This document shows positions 1-12,545 of a DNA stretch of 64,000 nt, piece by piece. Location: NCBI RefSeq assembly GCF_018350175.1, contig NC_058382.1, positions 51,028,001 to 51,092,000 on the forward strand. The letters are read 5' to 3'. The notes under the pieces were generated by a model that saw only the letters and a program-made list of their open reading frames with translations, was not told the DNA's origin and ran no database searches. Position numbers and translations under genes: made by a program. Every line of letters starts with the position of its first letter. Position 1 is the stretch's first letter. Origin of the DNA: Felis catus. Its lineage: Eukaryota.

Positions 1-369
1 GCGGGAGCATCTACTCTACAAACAACACAACACCAAACAAATCCGACGAGTGTCAGCTTTTACGCGATTCAACAGTTGAACTAACTCCAACAGCCACTTC
101 CCCCTGGAGCTTTCCGTTGCAGGAGAAAAGTAAACCTCGATTTGCTGAGTCGATCGTATTCAGGTCTTCTGTCACTTGCAGCGATATCCATTTCTAAATG
201 AACAAAAATGTGACCTAACAGGACCTGAGTTGTCTTGTGCCCCAAACACTGTCCTCAGCGCTTCTGTTCATTTTCTTTAATCCTTCTGTTAATACATCAT
301 ATCTCCGTCTTTCGGTTGGATAAATTGAGACTCAGGAAATGCAGCGACCAAGCGAGTAGTGAAGAGTAT

Positions 370-585
370 GGACTTGGATATCAAACACACCAACACTCAA
401 CCCCTGGAACTTGCCACTTCTTATCTAAGTGACAGTGAGCATGGCATCCCTTTAAACTTTAGCTTCTTAATCTGGAAAGCAAGTCCCTTTTTATAAGGTG
501 GTTTTGGGGACGAAGGGAGATAATGTACATAAGGTGCCAAAGAAGGACATGACACCTAATTAGTGACGAAGAAATATTATCCATT
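370..585 (+). mobile_element. MIR (ancient SINE) fragment
   Basis: Degenerate MIR-like core (ttgccacttc...cttcttaatctggaaa...gataatgtacataaggtgc). Boundaries approximate. Confidence 0.5.
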
Positions 586-3388
586 TTCATTATTTTTCCT
601 ACTCCTATTTCAAGTATTAGCTACCACGCGGCAGAGATAGGAAGTGATGGAGAGCTACTAATAATAAAAATGACAGTACCTATCAATAAATAATCAACGG
701 CACAGGATTCAAACTCAAGCTTCTTTAACCCCTTTACATGGCTCTAACTTCTCCAAGATGCCACAGGGATCCAGCTTGCTCTCTGCCGTGGCATTTTATA
801 TTTCTATAGCCAAGATGTTTGGGAGCTCAGAATGTGGCAGAATGGCACCTTCGATATTTAAGTATGTGCATCTTTTGGTGTTTTCTGATGTCTTTCTCTT
901 CAAAGAAATGTTTTAAAAATCAGAGCCAGCCTTAAACCCTGAAAATTACTTTGTATGCCTAGATGCATTCATGATACACGCATCTGCATGCACAGGCAGG
1001 CCTATGCATAAGTATCCACCTTAACCCAGGGCAGCCACAGGGAGGATGGTGAGAACTGCTAGGGAGGTCCAGGTAACGAATACCCTATGTCCAATGAGAA
1101 TATGATCAATCTGCTACCTGAGTCTACAATGATGGCAGGCGGCAGGAGGGATGACGGTGATGGCACATCTTACTTTTTATTCTTCTTCATAAGGTAAAAT
1201 GTGAGACACGTGAGGCTGGCTACACGTTTGCTCTTAAACCTATGAGGAGCACATGTTCCAGTGTTTCACTCAGCGTGGAAACCATAACCAAGCTAAAGTC
1301 AACGAGAATTTCAAATAGGATTGGAAATCTGGTCCGTAACACCACAGCCAAGGTGCTCTAACAAGTGTTTTTAGTGAATTAGAATATCTGGGCATCTCTT
1401 TCCCCTTAGATTTCTAAAAAGATGATTTATAGAGGAATAAATTAAATCGTATCAATAAATAGTGATGCTTCTCTGACCAATTAAAGTTGCCATCTGCTTA
1501 GGTTCTTTAGAGAATTCCCCCAAAGAAGTCACCTTACGGTTGATTTATGCTATCACGGGAGCTTTGCACCAAAGAGAAACCACAAATTCCTTTTCTTCCG
1601 ACTTAAGAAGTATCTTTCAGTGTGAAAGGCAAACTTCCTAAAGGCAGAACTGATGAAGTGGCACTTTTTTGAAACTCTGATTTGTAAGATCGCTAAGATC
1701 CAGTCCCTAGAAACGAGGCTTCACTTGGTCTCACATCTGTTGAAAATAAATGCAATGGAAATCTAACTACAGGTCACGAGACAGACCTCACTCACATGAA
1801 TAAACATTGCTTGACAGAAGCCCCTAAGGAAGGCTAAGAGGAGGAATGGCACCCGACTCTGAAACCGAGCGGGGGGCTGGGTCTTGGCTTTGGAGCAGGT
1901 CAAGGGCGGGTTTCCGTTCTCAAGGCCACTGCTAGGCCATATGATCGGGCAAGTCCCTCGGCTTACAGGAAGCTCCGTGTTAAGTACACATGGCCGCCTA
2001 CTCCCTGAGATCACAGAAATGGCTGAATGAGACCCCTCAGCACAGGGCTGGGCCCACAGCATGGGCTCCAAAATTACTCTCTGTGTGAGTAGAAGTAAAC
2101 AAAAAAGCCTTGAGAACTATTACCTCATGCGTACAAAGCCTTTCGTAAATGTGGACTGCCAAAATATATGATGGTGAACATACAGTAAAACTCCCAGTAA
2201 AGACTGCCCGGCCTATTTGTATAAATGGATACACACAATTAAGCCTATGAGCATAAACGAGTCCGTTTCCTTCTCGGGAGTGCCTCACATGACGGGATGG
2301 ACCGGCCTTTACTCTTGTCTATTATTCACAGTCTTAGTAAATTTACGCTCCCCCTCTATGAACATAAACAAATATTAAAAAAAAAAAAAAAAACAATTTA
2401 ACAAGAGAAGCCTTAGTCTTTTTCTCATTTTACAATCACTGGGTCACAGAATGGAACTTAATTCTCAAAACAGCCTGAAAAATAATTATGAGAGTAGCTA
2501 ATATGTACGTACTGGTCACTGAGCAAATATTCTACCAGTTAGTAATCCCAAGTCCTACGAGTGCTTATTATAAATGAGCCCTTTCCAGGTGGGGAACCTG
2601 AGAAACAGAGGAATTGAATGGTTTCCCAAAGTCTTATGACTATTTATCGGAGAAGCCAGCATTCCACTGGCTCTATGACAGCGCCCCGAAAAGCGTTCGG
2701 CTGAAACCAGTGACAGCAGAGGCCTCTCCTCCCTTTTCCTCGCGCTCTCCTGTCAAATCAGGCAAAGTTCTGAGGCGGAACCTGGCGTGTGGAACCCGTC
2801 CAGTCGGCGGAGAGGACCGTCCTCGGTTCATCAGGGCCACGTCTAATGCTGTCCCGCCGCCCGTGGCAAGTTGGATCACTTCACCCAATTATGAAGGAAC
2901 TGCGAAGAAGCCCCCTGGGTGAGAGCTGGGACAGTTGGATCTAGGAAGTTTGTATCAGTAGTAAAAGCACCTATTTTGGTCTCCGGCTGTCTGACTTCCG
3001 TTTCTATCTTTCGACCAGCTCCAGACTCAGGAGGGGAAGAAATGAGGTGCCATTTACCCCTTCAGAACGCCAGCATGCTTCGGAAAGCAGTTAGCTGGGA
3101 GATTTCTTCAGTTGATAGATGAGATTCTGGAACATCTATCTGCCTATCCTCTCCGAAGTCAAAGCCCTCTGCCCTCAGAAATACGTAGCCTACCAGGTAC
3201 TTACTATCCCCTCCATCCCACAAGGATTATCAACCAAGAAAATAGTATCAGAGGCTATATAATTCTGGGAGGAGATCTGAGAAGGTACTAGCTAACAACA
3301 GCAGGGGTGTCTTCTCAGCTGGATAGGAGGCAATAAAGCTCAAAGAGGAGAAAAAAAGTGATGAAATCTGCTCCAGGTGCCTGTTTTA

Positions 3389-3581
3389 TTTTATCTTAAG
3401 TTTATTTATTTTGAGAGAGAGAGAAAGCACGGAGGAGGGACAAAGAAGAGAAAATCCCTAGCAGGCTCCACACTGCCAGCGCGGAGCCGATGTGGGGCGC
3501 AATCCCAGGAACCCTGAGATCGTGACCGGAGCTGAAATCAGGAGTCAGACGCTTAACCGACTGAGCCGCCCAGGTGTCCGC
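3389..3581 (-). mobile_element. CanSINE (older SINEC), tRNA-derived
   Basis: Reverse-complement SINEC body (gcttaaccgactgagccgcccagg), (GA)n and T-rich tail. Flanked by aggtgcctgtttta at 3375-3388 and 3583-3596. Confidence 0.9.
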
Positions 3582-3596
3582 TAGGTGCCTGTTTTA

Positions 3597-5519
3597 TTTT
3601 TTTTTTATTTTTTTTTTTTTCCATTTTTTTTTTTATTTTTAATGAAATTTATTGACAAATTAGTTTCCATACAACACCCAGTGCTCATCCCAAAAGGTGC
3701 CCTCCTCAATACCCATCACCCACCCTCTCCTCCCTCCCACCCCCCATCAACCCTCAGTTTGTTCTCAGTTTTTAAGAGTCTCTTACGCTTTGGCTCTCTC
3801 CCACTCTAACCTGTTTTTTTTTTTTTCCTTCCCCTCCCCCATGGGTTCCTGATAATTTCTCAGGGTCCACATAAGAGTGAAACCATATGGTATCTGTCTT
3901 TCTCTGTATGCCTTATTTCACTTAGCATCACACTCTCCAGTTCCATCCACGTTGCTACAAAAGGCCATATTTCATTTTTTCTCATTGCCACGTAATATTC
4001 CATTGTGTATATAAACCACAATTTCTTTATCCATTCATCAGTTGATGGACATTTAGGCTCTTTCCATAATTTGGCTATTATTGAGAGTGCTGCTATGAAC
4101 ATTGGGGTACAAGTGGCCCTATGCATCAGTACTCCTGTATCCCTTGGATAAATTCCTAGCAGTGCTATTGCTGGGTCATAGGGTAGGTCTATTTTTAATT
4201 TTCTGAGGAACCTCCACACTGCTTTCCAGAGCGGCTGCACCAATTTGCATTCCCACCAACAGTGCAAGAGGGTTCCCGTTTCTCCACATCCTCTCCAGCA
4301 TCTAGAGTCTCCTGATTTGTTCATTTTGGCCACTCTGACTGGCGTGAGGTGATACCTGAGTGTGGTTTTGATTTGTATTTCCCTGATAAGGAGCGACGCT
4401 GAACATCTTTTCATGTGCCTGTTGGCCATCCGGATGTCTTCTTTAGAGAAGTGTCTATTCATGTTTTCTGCCCATTTCTTCACTGGGTTATTTGTTTTTC
4501 GGGTGTGGAGTTTGGTGAGCTCTTTATAGATTTTGGATACTAGCCCTTTGTCCGATAGGTCATTTGCGAATATCTTTTCCCATTCCGTTGGTTGCCTTTT
4601 AGTTTTGTTGGTTGTTTCCTTTGCTGTGCAGAAGCTTTTTATCTTCATAAGGTCCCAGTAATTCACTTTTGCTTTTAATTCCCTTGCCTTTGGGGATGTG
4701 TCGAGTAAGAGATTGCTACGGCTGAGGTCAGAGAGGTCTTTTCCTGCTTTCTCCTCTAAGGTTTTGATGGTTTCCTGTCTCACATTTAGGTCCTTTATCC
4801 ATTTGGAGTTTATTTTTGTGAATGGTGTGAGAAAGTGGTCTAGTTTCAACCTTCTGCATGTAGCTGTCCAGTTCTCCCAGCACCATTTGTTAAAGAGGCT
4901 GTCTTTTTTCCATTGGATGTTCTTTCCTGCTTTGTCAAAGATGAGTTGGCCATACGTTTGTGGGTCTAGTTCTGGGGTTTCTATTCTATTCCATTGGTCT
5001 ATGTGTCTGTTTCTGTGCCAATACCATGCTGTCTTGATGATGACAGCTTTGTAGTAGAGGCTAAAGTCTGGGATTGTGATGCCTCCTGCTTTGGTCTTCT
5101 TCTTCAAAATTCCTTTGGCTATTCGGGGCCTTTTGTGGTTCCATATGAATTTTAGGATTGCTTGTTCTAGTTTCGAGAAGAATGCTGGTGCAATTTTGAT
5201 TGGGATTGCATTGAATGTGTAGATAGCTTTGGGTAGTATTGACATTTTGACAATATTTATTTTTCCAATCCATGAGCAGGGAATGTCTTTCCATTTCTTT
5301 AAATCTTCTTCAATTTCCTTCATAAGCTTTCTATAGTTTTCAGCATACAGATCCTTTACATCTTTGGTTAGATTTATTCCTAGGTATTTTATGCTTCTTG
5401 GTGCAATTGTGAATGGGATCAGTTTCTTTATTTGTCTTTCTGTTGCTTCATTGTTAGTGTATAAGAATGCAACTGATTTCTGTACATTGATTTTGTATCC
5501 TGCAACTTTGCTGAATTCA
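3597..5519 (-). mobile_element. Young 5'-truncated felid LINE-1
   Basis: Poly(T) tail at ~3597-3640, L1 3'UTR, uninterrupted ORF2 C-terminal frame. TSD taggtgcctgtttta at 3582-3596 and 5520-5534. Confidence 0.97.
3860..5323 (-). pseudogene. L1 ORF2p C-terminal fragment (post-RT region and CCHC zinc knuckle)
   Basis: 487-aa track ORF with L1 ORF2 motifs [17 protein letters not shown] and [18 protein letters not shown] (C-x3-C-x7-H-x4-C). Lacks the endonuclease and most of RT because of 5' truncation. Confidence 0.95.
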
Positions 5520-5704
5520 TAGGTGCCTGTTTTAAAATGAGCAAACTCTGCTCAATCAATCGTAGCTTCATTACTTAATTTGCTGATTCACACTGGACAC
5601 CTTAAAGTCTTGGGTGCTTAGTTTCCTCGCCTCAAAATTAACAGTGACACCGTCTATCTCTTAAAGTTGTTTCAAATATTATTATTTGAAAATATTATTT
5701 TTCA

Positions 5705-6195
5705 TACATGGTGAAGCCAACAGAGCAGAGTGACCACCCCAGAAAAAAGACTGTGTTGCTCACAGATGCCAAGAGGAGGGGGCACGCCATACCAGGGTGT
5801 GGGGGCTGGGGGGGGATGGAGGTGGGCTGGGGAGTGGAGGGGGGGCACATGGAGAATACCAGAGTCCCCCAGGGAGTAGAGGCAATGAAGGAAAAATGCG
5901 GCGAGAGGCTTTAATGTGCTTTCTGCAGGGAGGAACAGGAAAGCAGGTTTAGGATCGGCTACTCAGAATAATTTCAGCGGCTTCTGAGGCACAGAGGACT
6001 GGTACCTGGCCCTGGGCTACCTAAGGCAGGTGCACATTGGTCCAGGGTGTGAGAGCTCTGGCAGTTGGCTCTGGACTGGTTGTCTGAAGGGAACACTCCT
6101 AGAGGGGTCCTACTCTCTCTAGGAATTGACTAGTCCTGTGAGGGGCAATCTCTCTAGGGTCAGCAAGGCCCCAGATGTGAAAGAATCAGAAACAT
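5705..6195 (-). mobile_element. ERVL-class solo LTR (MER74/MER73/MER54-like)
   Basis: Minus strand begins tgtttctgattctttcacatctggggccttgctgaccctagagagattgcccctcacaggactagtcaattcctagag, matching my recollection of the MER74-group 5' end. Confidence 0.7.
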
Positions 6196-7751
6196 CTCGC
6201 TAACACATTCTGTTCTTCAATCACTCTTGCCTTATCCATTTTAAATAAAAATACATCCCAGGGAAAGGAAACGCAATACGTAGATACTGTCAATAACAAT
6301 TCAAAACTTCAAGGGAAAACAAATCATACTGTTGTTTGAAATTTATCACTATCACTCTTATAAATACTGGCTTCTTCAATATTATGCTCCTTCTATACTT
6401 TCCTTCCCGAGAAGAGAATATGGTAAGTTGATGCTATTTCAGCACCATGACTTCCTTTCATCTAGTCCCAGGTCATGTTTTTTTGTTTTTTCTCCTATAA
6501 TTCTCACAATTAATTTCAAACGAAAGAGGGGAGGGGATAAAATGTGCTTCGGCAGGATGATACGCTGGGTATGGGCAATATGGTTCCATGTGGACTCCTC
6601 CCCCTCATGGAGCCTACATCATGTAGACAGCAGGTGGTTTGGTTTTGCTGGATTCCAGCATCTGGACCAAACTTAAAATACTATACATTAGATGCTTTGC
6701 CCATTTGACTCCAGAACACCGGATATACCTGACACGGGACATCTTTAGAGAAAAAGTCCAGAATAATTACACACACTGTTCTTTTTTAACTAAATATGAA
6801 GACGGATAAGCGGGTGTTTAATTTTCCATCCAGAAAATCACTTGAGAACATGAAAGCATAAAGACTTGAGAATACAGCAGTGCAAGACATTTAAAGATCC
6901 TCACGCTGTTGATTCTTCCAGCGTAGAATAACATGAAGCCTTAATGAAGGAAAAGAAAATAAAGTTCACTTATTCTGACATTATTGCCAACCTTATTTTG
7001 ATAAATAAGTATTTTTAAAAGCCCACAAAATCTAAAGCCACTAATTCTGCTCTGTAAATGTAAGAGATGCCAGTAGAATTTGATTTTACTTTACCTTTTG
7101 GATTTGTTTCTCCAGTACGGGTAAAGATAATTTTATATATTGATTCATTCTGCCACTGATTTTCATTATGATTTAGAAGTATGATCTCTAATACATAAGT
7201 CCAACCTGAATTATGAATACAATTCACACTTCAAAACTCTGACATTCCTTTATTATAGTACAAACAGTGAATCTATTCATTTTCCCACATAAGAGGCAAA
7301 AATGTAGCTAAAAGTCAAATGCACACAATAATTACATGCTCACTATGAAGCAAATCATTGAATTAAGGCTCACGTTGCTCATGTTTGTTATTGATCTAGA
7401 TGGTTTCCAGACAATGTCAAATGACAAGAGGCTCAATCAAACTTGGAAGTGATAATGTGCCAATCATCTATCTTTCGTAAGTATCAGCTGACTGACCAAA
7501 TATTTAAAAACATTTCAGTTATTCAGAACTCGCTACTGAATTAGATAACCATTTATGTGGATAATTTACTTGGAAAAATTTAGTTTCTTCTTGCCATTTA
7601 AGGTAGGTAGCCAATTCGTGTAGGGAGATAGTAGAGGGGAGGTTTTTCAGGCTTAAGGGGATTAAGAAAAACTTCTCCATTTTTCTTCCTCTTTATATTT
7701 TATGGACTAACTGATCCTAGACTGGCTTTATTTAGCACATCTGAAGTGCCA

Positions 7752-8451
7752 GTTTTGGAAACCTGAATTCCTCAAAGTGTGGCCACTCACTTGGAACTCC
7801 AGAGTTGACATAAGGATTATTTTGAGCTCAAGACACTGGAGGAAATTCAACATATGGAGAAAGAAGTCTTTCCGGAGCGTCCCTTATCTGACTAAAAACA
7901 GACACTTCCAACAAATGAGGACGGTCTTAAATTCCCTCTTTGGGAATTCTACTCCAAAGAGAGAAACCTAGAGTCAAACGGCTATAAGTCCCCTCTCTGG
8001 GGGGAGTTTTATGACCCAGAAGAAAACGGAAAGACTACTCATATCTCTACAGTCAGACATTACCAAGAGCTTTCTTTTCTCCCATTTGTTCTCCAAAAAA
8101 CCCATTTTTCCTAAAGACACCTCTTTGTTCTTCCCTTAGAAGCCATTCCTACCCAAGTTTGGTATATAAACCTTTGTATATAAGGTTATAAACCTTAAGT
8201 TTGGTATATAAACCTTTAACTTTAACCATTTAGCCACCGGCTGTATCTTCTGTTGGCTCTTGCGTGCACACAATTAAACCTTTTATTGAAGCAGGCTCTG
8301 CACTGACAGCAGAGAGCCCAAAGCGGGGCTCGAACTCATAAACTATGAGATCATGACCTGAGCCGACTGAACCACCCAGGCACCCCTCGTTCATCAGTTT
8401 AATTCACAGGTTGCAGGTATAGAACCTAAGAGCCGATGTTCCTGTTCAACA
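7752..8451 (+). mobile_element. ERV1-class solo LTR (MER34-like) containing a SINE fragment
   Basis: cataaggattattttgagct near the 5' end, TATA region ~8160-8215, attaaa signal, 3' motif cagtttaattcacagg...gaacctaagag, ends in caaca. Confidence 0.7.
8286..8386 (-). mobile_element. Partial CanSINE nested in LTR
   Basis: gcaggctctgcactgacagc...gggctcgaactc...gagatcatgacctgagccgactgaaccacccaggcacccc, with an internal deletion and no (CT)n or tail. Confidence 0.85.
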
Positions 8452-10612
8452 AAAGAATCCTATTAAGGTAAAACATTGTGTAATTCCCGGACTATGCTGT
8501 TTTAGAGAGGGGAACAGACTACAAAATTAGAAGGACATCAGAGAGGGTACTACTGTAATAGATCTCAACTCATTCATAATATTGTTGGGGGGTCTCATTC
8601 TCCGAAACAAGCTTGGGATGGGCCCTGGACCCTATTCTCATTGTACTGTGGCCGATCACACTTCATTTTTAATTCCTTTTGTTTTTCCTTGGTAGATGGT
8701 ATTGATCCAAACATTTGACACTAAAAATGTTCAAGACTTGAACTATGAAAGTGTTTTCCCCTCAGGTACTTATTCCCCAGATGTGTATTCTGCAGAGTGA
8801 ATACCCCTATGTTCAACTTTAAAATAAAAGTAATTTCACCCTCTTCCCTTCTCCTTCCCACACAGAGATTTTCTGGTATTTAAAGTGCAGCTAACAACTT
8901 TTCACTCTCTTGGAATTTTCAGTGGCATCTGCATGAAAATTAAGAAATACTTTGGGAAAGTCATTTAATTCTGCAAATGCAAAGCTAATCTCCGCTCATC
9001 ATCGAAGCAGTAAAACATAAGAGATTTCTATAAGGAAAATCGCAATTAAAAAAAAAACCTTACAGAAGTGAATTATAATGAAGCAAACAATCTTGGAAGC
9101 AATACGTCAGTGGTGGAGCGACCCAATTATTTATTTTTCCAGCCAGGAATTTACAGCCACATCAGCCACAGATGCCACCGTCCAGCTGACCAGCCTGTTT
9201 GCAGCGACTACTGCGACTTCGTAGCTTTTTTCTCCTTCCAAGACTTCTGGAACTTGGCAGAAGACAAAAAGCTTCTGGTTGAGAAAATCAAATTGGAAAA
9301 AGGGAGAGCATTTAGCTTTTGAAGAAATATGTGTGGCCTTTATTCACTTTCATCCTGCAGAAGACGGTGATATTCCCAGCCTTTTAAAACGAACCCCACA
9401 CCATCTGGCTTTCACAAACAGTGCCTCGTACATCTTCACTTTCTTCAGTGGGGAAAGATTCCTGCTCTCCCAGGACTGAGCAAACAAACTGACTTCAGCA
9501 TGGTGGTGATACAGCTGACACGGACTGCCTGTATTATTTGGCACTTTTTCATCATGAAATTAATTTTGCAAATGCATCTTCGCCTATTTGGACTGTAAGT
9601 ACATAGAAAGGGCTTTTCTTATCTTGTCTCTACTAGTACTAAACATCTCAACAGTACCCAAGTGTGAACAAAGTCAAGATCGAGTCATCAAACAAGGAAA
9701 ATAATTCGCATTTGTGGCACTTATCCTGTATCTATAAGAAGCACTTCACTGATAACGCTTGCTATCGCAATGGCTTTCTAACTATTTCTTTTTCTTCAAT
9801 ACATAAACGATGCAAGAGAGTTTTTTGGTTTTTTTTTTTTTTTTTTTAAAGAGTTGATTTGGAGCCTAGAGGTGGAAAGTGTATTCTGATATGACTGGGA
9901 ATTAATTTTCATCCATGGTCATTTTAAAATAGTACTTCAGAAGAAGCCTAGTTTCCTCTTCCGTGTCTGTGATGATTCAGAACCACGTTCAACATTCTAA
10001 AACCTCCCCCAGATGCTTTTCCTAACCTTAGTCTGAAATGTTAGGATTTCTTTCGCTCTCCCTTCTTTTCAGCATACTTTTTAAAAAACTAGCTAAATGG
10101 TTGATATTTATATAAAATAGAGAAATTGAATTAATTTCAATTAACTATTTGAATTTCTGGACCATGTTCCTTGGATTGGGATTCTGCTTGGATAGTGACC
10201 CACATAGGGACTGTGTTAAACAAAAATACTTTATTCTGTCTTCTATCTTCCTTTATTCTTTCTTTCTGACTGTGACCATCACATCCCGTTTCTCCGTGAC
10301 TCCAAACTCTTTACTTTTTTCGAGAACTTATTCTTCAAGTTCTAGATGACTAAATGCGAAAGTTAATCATGTTTCCTCTTTCCTGATACCCCCAAATTAA
10401 CTCCCCCTCCAAATGATTATACATTTTAGTTATATGACTTTATATTATTTCGAAATTGTTTTCAGCATTAATGTTGTGCTCTAAGCCCAGAATGTTACTC
10501 TAGGCTAGTCTGTTACATCTTTTATAAACTCAAAGACACATGATATACATTCTAATAGATATATCACTCATTGTGCTGCCATTTTCTCCTGCCGTTTTAT
10601 GACCATAAGTTT

Positions 10613-10839
10613 TTGTTTTTGTTTTTAATTTTTTTTCAACGTTTATTTATTTTTGGGACAGAGAGAGACAGAGCATGAACGGGGGAGGGGCAGAGAGAGA
10701 GGGAGACACAGAATTGGAAACAGGCTCCAGGCTCCGAGCCATCAGCCCAGAGCCCGACGCAGGGCTCGAACTCACTGACCGCGAGATCGTGACCTGGCTG
10801 AAGTCGGACGCTTAACCGACTGCGCCACCCAGGCGCCCC
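10613..10839 (-). mobile_element. Young SINEC_Fc-type CanSINE
   Basis: Near-consensus body. TSD ttatgaccataagttt at 10597-10612 and 10840-10855. Confidence 0.97.
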
Positions 10840-11082
10840 TTATGACCATAAGTTTAAGCTCTCTTCCTATCTCGTATTAGACAAGAGATCTCATTTTAAG
10901 TGCTATGTACGTCACAGCAATTTTATATCCTTGAAATAAAGCAAAAATTGAAAGCATACAGGAAAAAGCAAAGCTACAATTTTATGAGACAGAATATAGT
11001 CCTTTCAGAAACTTTTGAAATATGCACACAAAATATAAGCAACAATGAAATTTGGATAACATGATAAAAAACTGGAATTTCT

Positions 11083-12158
11083 TAATCCAATGAAGAAATG
11101 GGCAGAAGACATGAATAGACACTTCTCTAAAGAAGACATCTGAATGGCCAACAGGCACATGAAAAGATGCTCAACGTCACTCCTCATCAGGGAGATACAA
11201 ATCAAAACCACACTCAGATACCAACTCACAACGGTCAGAGTGGCTAAAATGAACAAATCAGGAGACTAGAGATGCTGGAGAGGACATGAAGAAACGGGAA
11301 CCCTCTTGCACTGTTGGTGGGAATGCAAACTGGTGCAGCCACTCTGGAAAACAGTGTGGAGGTTACTCAAAGAATAAAAAATAGATCTACCCTATGACCC
11401 AGCAATAGCACTGCTAGGAATTTACCCAAGGGATACAGGAGTGCTGATGCATAGAGGCACATGTACCCCAGTGTTTACAGCAGCACTTTCAACAATAGCC
11501 AAATATGCAAAGAGCCTAAATGTCCATCAACTGAAGAATGGATAAAGAAGATGTAGTTTATATATACAATGGAATACTGCTTGGCAATGAGAAAGAATGA
11601 AATCTGGCCTTTTGTAGCAACGTGGATGGAACTGGAGAGTGCTATGCTAAGTGAAATAAGTCCTACAGAGAAAGACAGATACCATATGTTTTCACTCTTA
11701 TGTAGATCCTGAGAAACTTAACAGAGGACCAAGGGGGGAGAGGTAGGGGGGAAAAAGTTACAGAGAGGGAAGGAGGCAAACCATAGGAGACTCTTAAAAA
11801 CTGAGAATAAACTGAGGGTTGATGGGGGGTGGAAGGGAGGAGAAAGTACATGATGGGCAGTGAGGAGATGTTGTATGGAAACCAATTTGACGATAAATTT
11901 CATATTTATTTTTTTTTTAATTTTTTTTTCAACGTTTATTTATTTTTGGGACAGAGAGAGACAGAGCATGAACAGGGGAGGGGCAGAGAGAGAGGCAGAC
12001 ACAGAATCGGAAACAGGCTCCAGGCTCTGAGCCATCAGCCCAGAGCCCGACGCGGGGCTCGAACTCACGGACCGTGAGATCGTGACCTGGTTGAAGTCGG
12101 ACGCTTAACCGACTGCGCCACCCAGGCGCCCCAATAAATTTCATATTTAAAAAAAAAA
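11083..12158 (+). mobile_element. 5'-truncated felid L1 (ORF2 3' end and 3'UTR), interrupted at its tail by a SINE
   Basis: Homologous to the L1 at 3597-5519 but more diverged (in-frame stops, ~25-bp 3'UTR deletion). Poly(A) resumes at 12149-12158. Confidence 0.93.
11909..12132 (-). mobile_element. Young SINEC_Fc-type CanSINE inserted at L1 poly(A) junction
   Basis: Near-consensus body. TSD ataaatttcatattta at 11893-11908 and 12134-12149. Confidence 0.97.
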
Positions 12159-12324
12159 GTGAAGTTGTGAAGAGGGTAAGAAATCAGGGGGTAAGAGCGG
12201 CCCAAAGTCTCTGTGAGATGGAGACAAGGAGCAAAATTCATGCTTCAGCTTGGAAGACAAATTTTTCATCACTTAGTCCTCACCTGTGAGCTATCTGGTG
12301 TTCCTAAAATCTAAGACAGGACAA

Positions 12325-12545
12325 GTGGTGTAACAGGGGAGAGGAACACAAGTCAGATGGCCCAGTTCAGCCCCTCATTAGTTGGTGATTTGGGGCAAGG
12401 CACTTACCTCTGAGTCTCCTTTCCATCTTAGCATGGTTATAACTGTGGTGCCTATAACACAGTTATTATGAGGATTACATGAGATAACTATGTAAAGAGC
12501 TGATCGCAGTACATGGCTCAATAGATTCTAACCATTGTTAGTAGC
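12325..12545 (+). mobile_element. MIR fragment
   Basis: gtgatttggggcaaggcacttacctctgagtctcc...gttattatgaggattacatgagataactatgtaaagagct matches the MIR core and 3' region. Confidence 0.7.

Noticed and set aside
4698..5054. 118-aa plus-strand ORF repeated at 50536-50892
   Set aside because: Antisense shadow of L1 ORF2, shared only because both L1 copies are similar.
5671..5690. Short AT-rich inverted repeats (also ~16936-16954 and ~63418-63434)
   Set aside because: Expected by chance in AT-rich sequence; no transposon-end or RNA-gene context.
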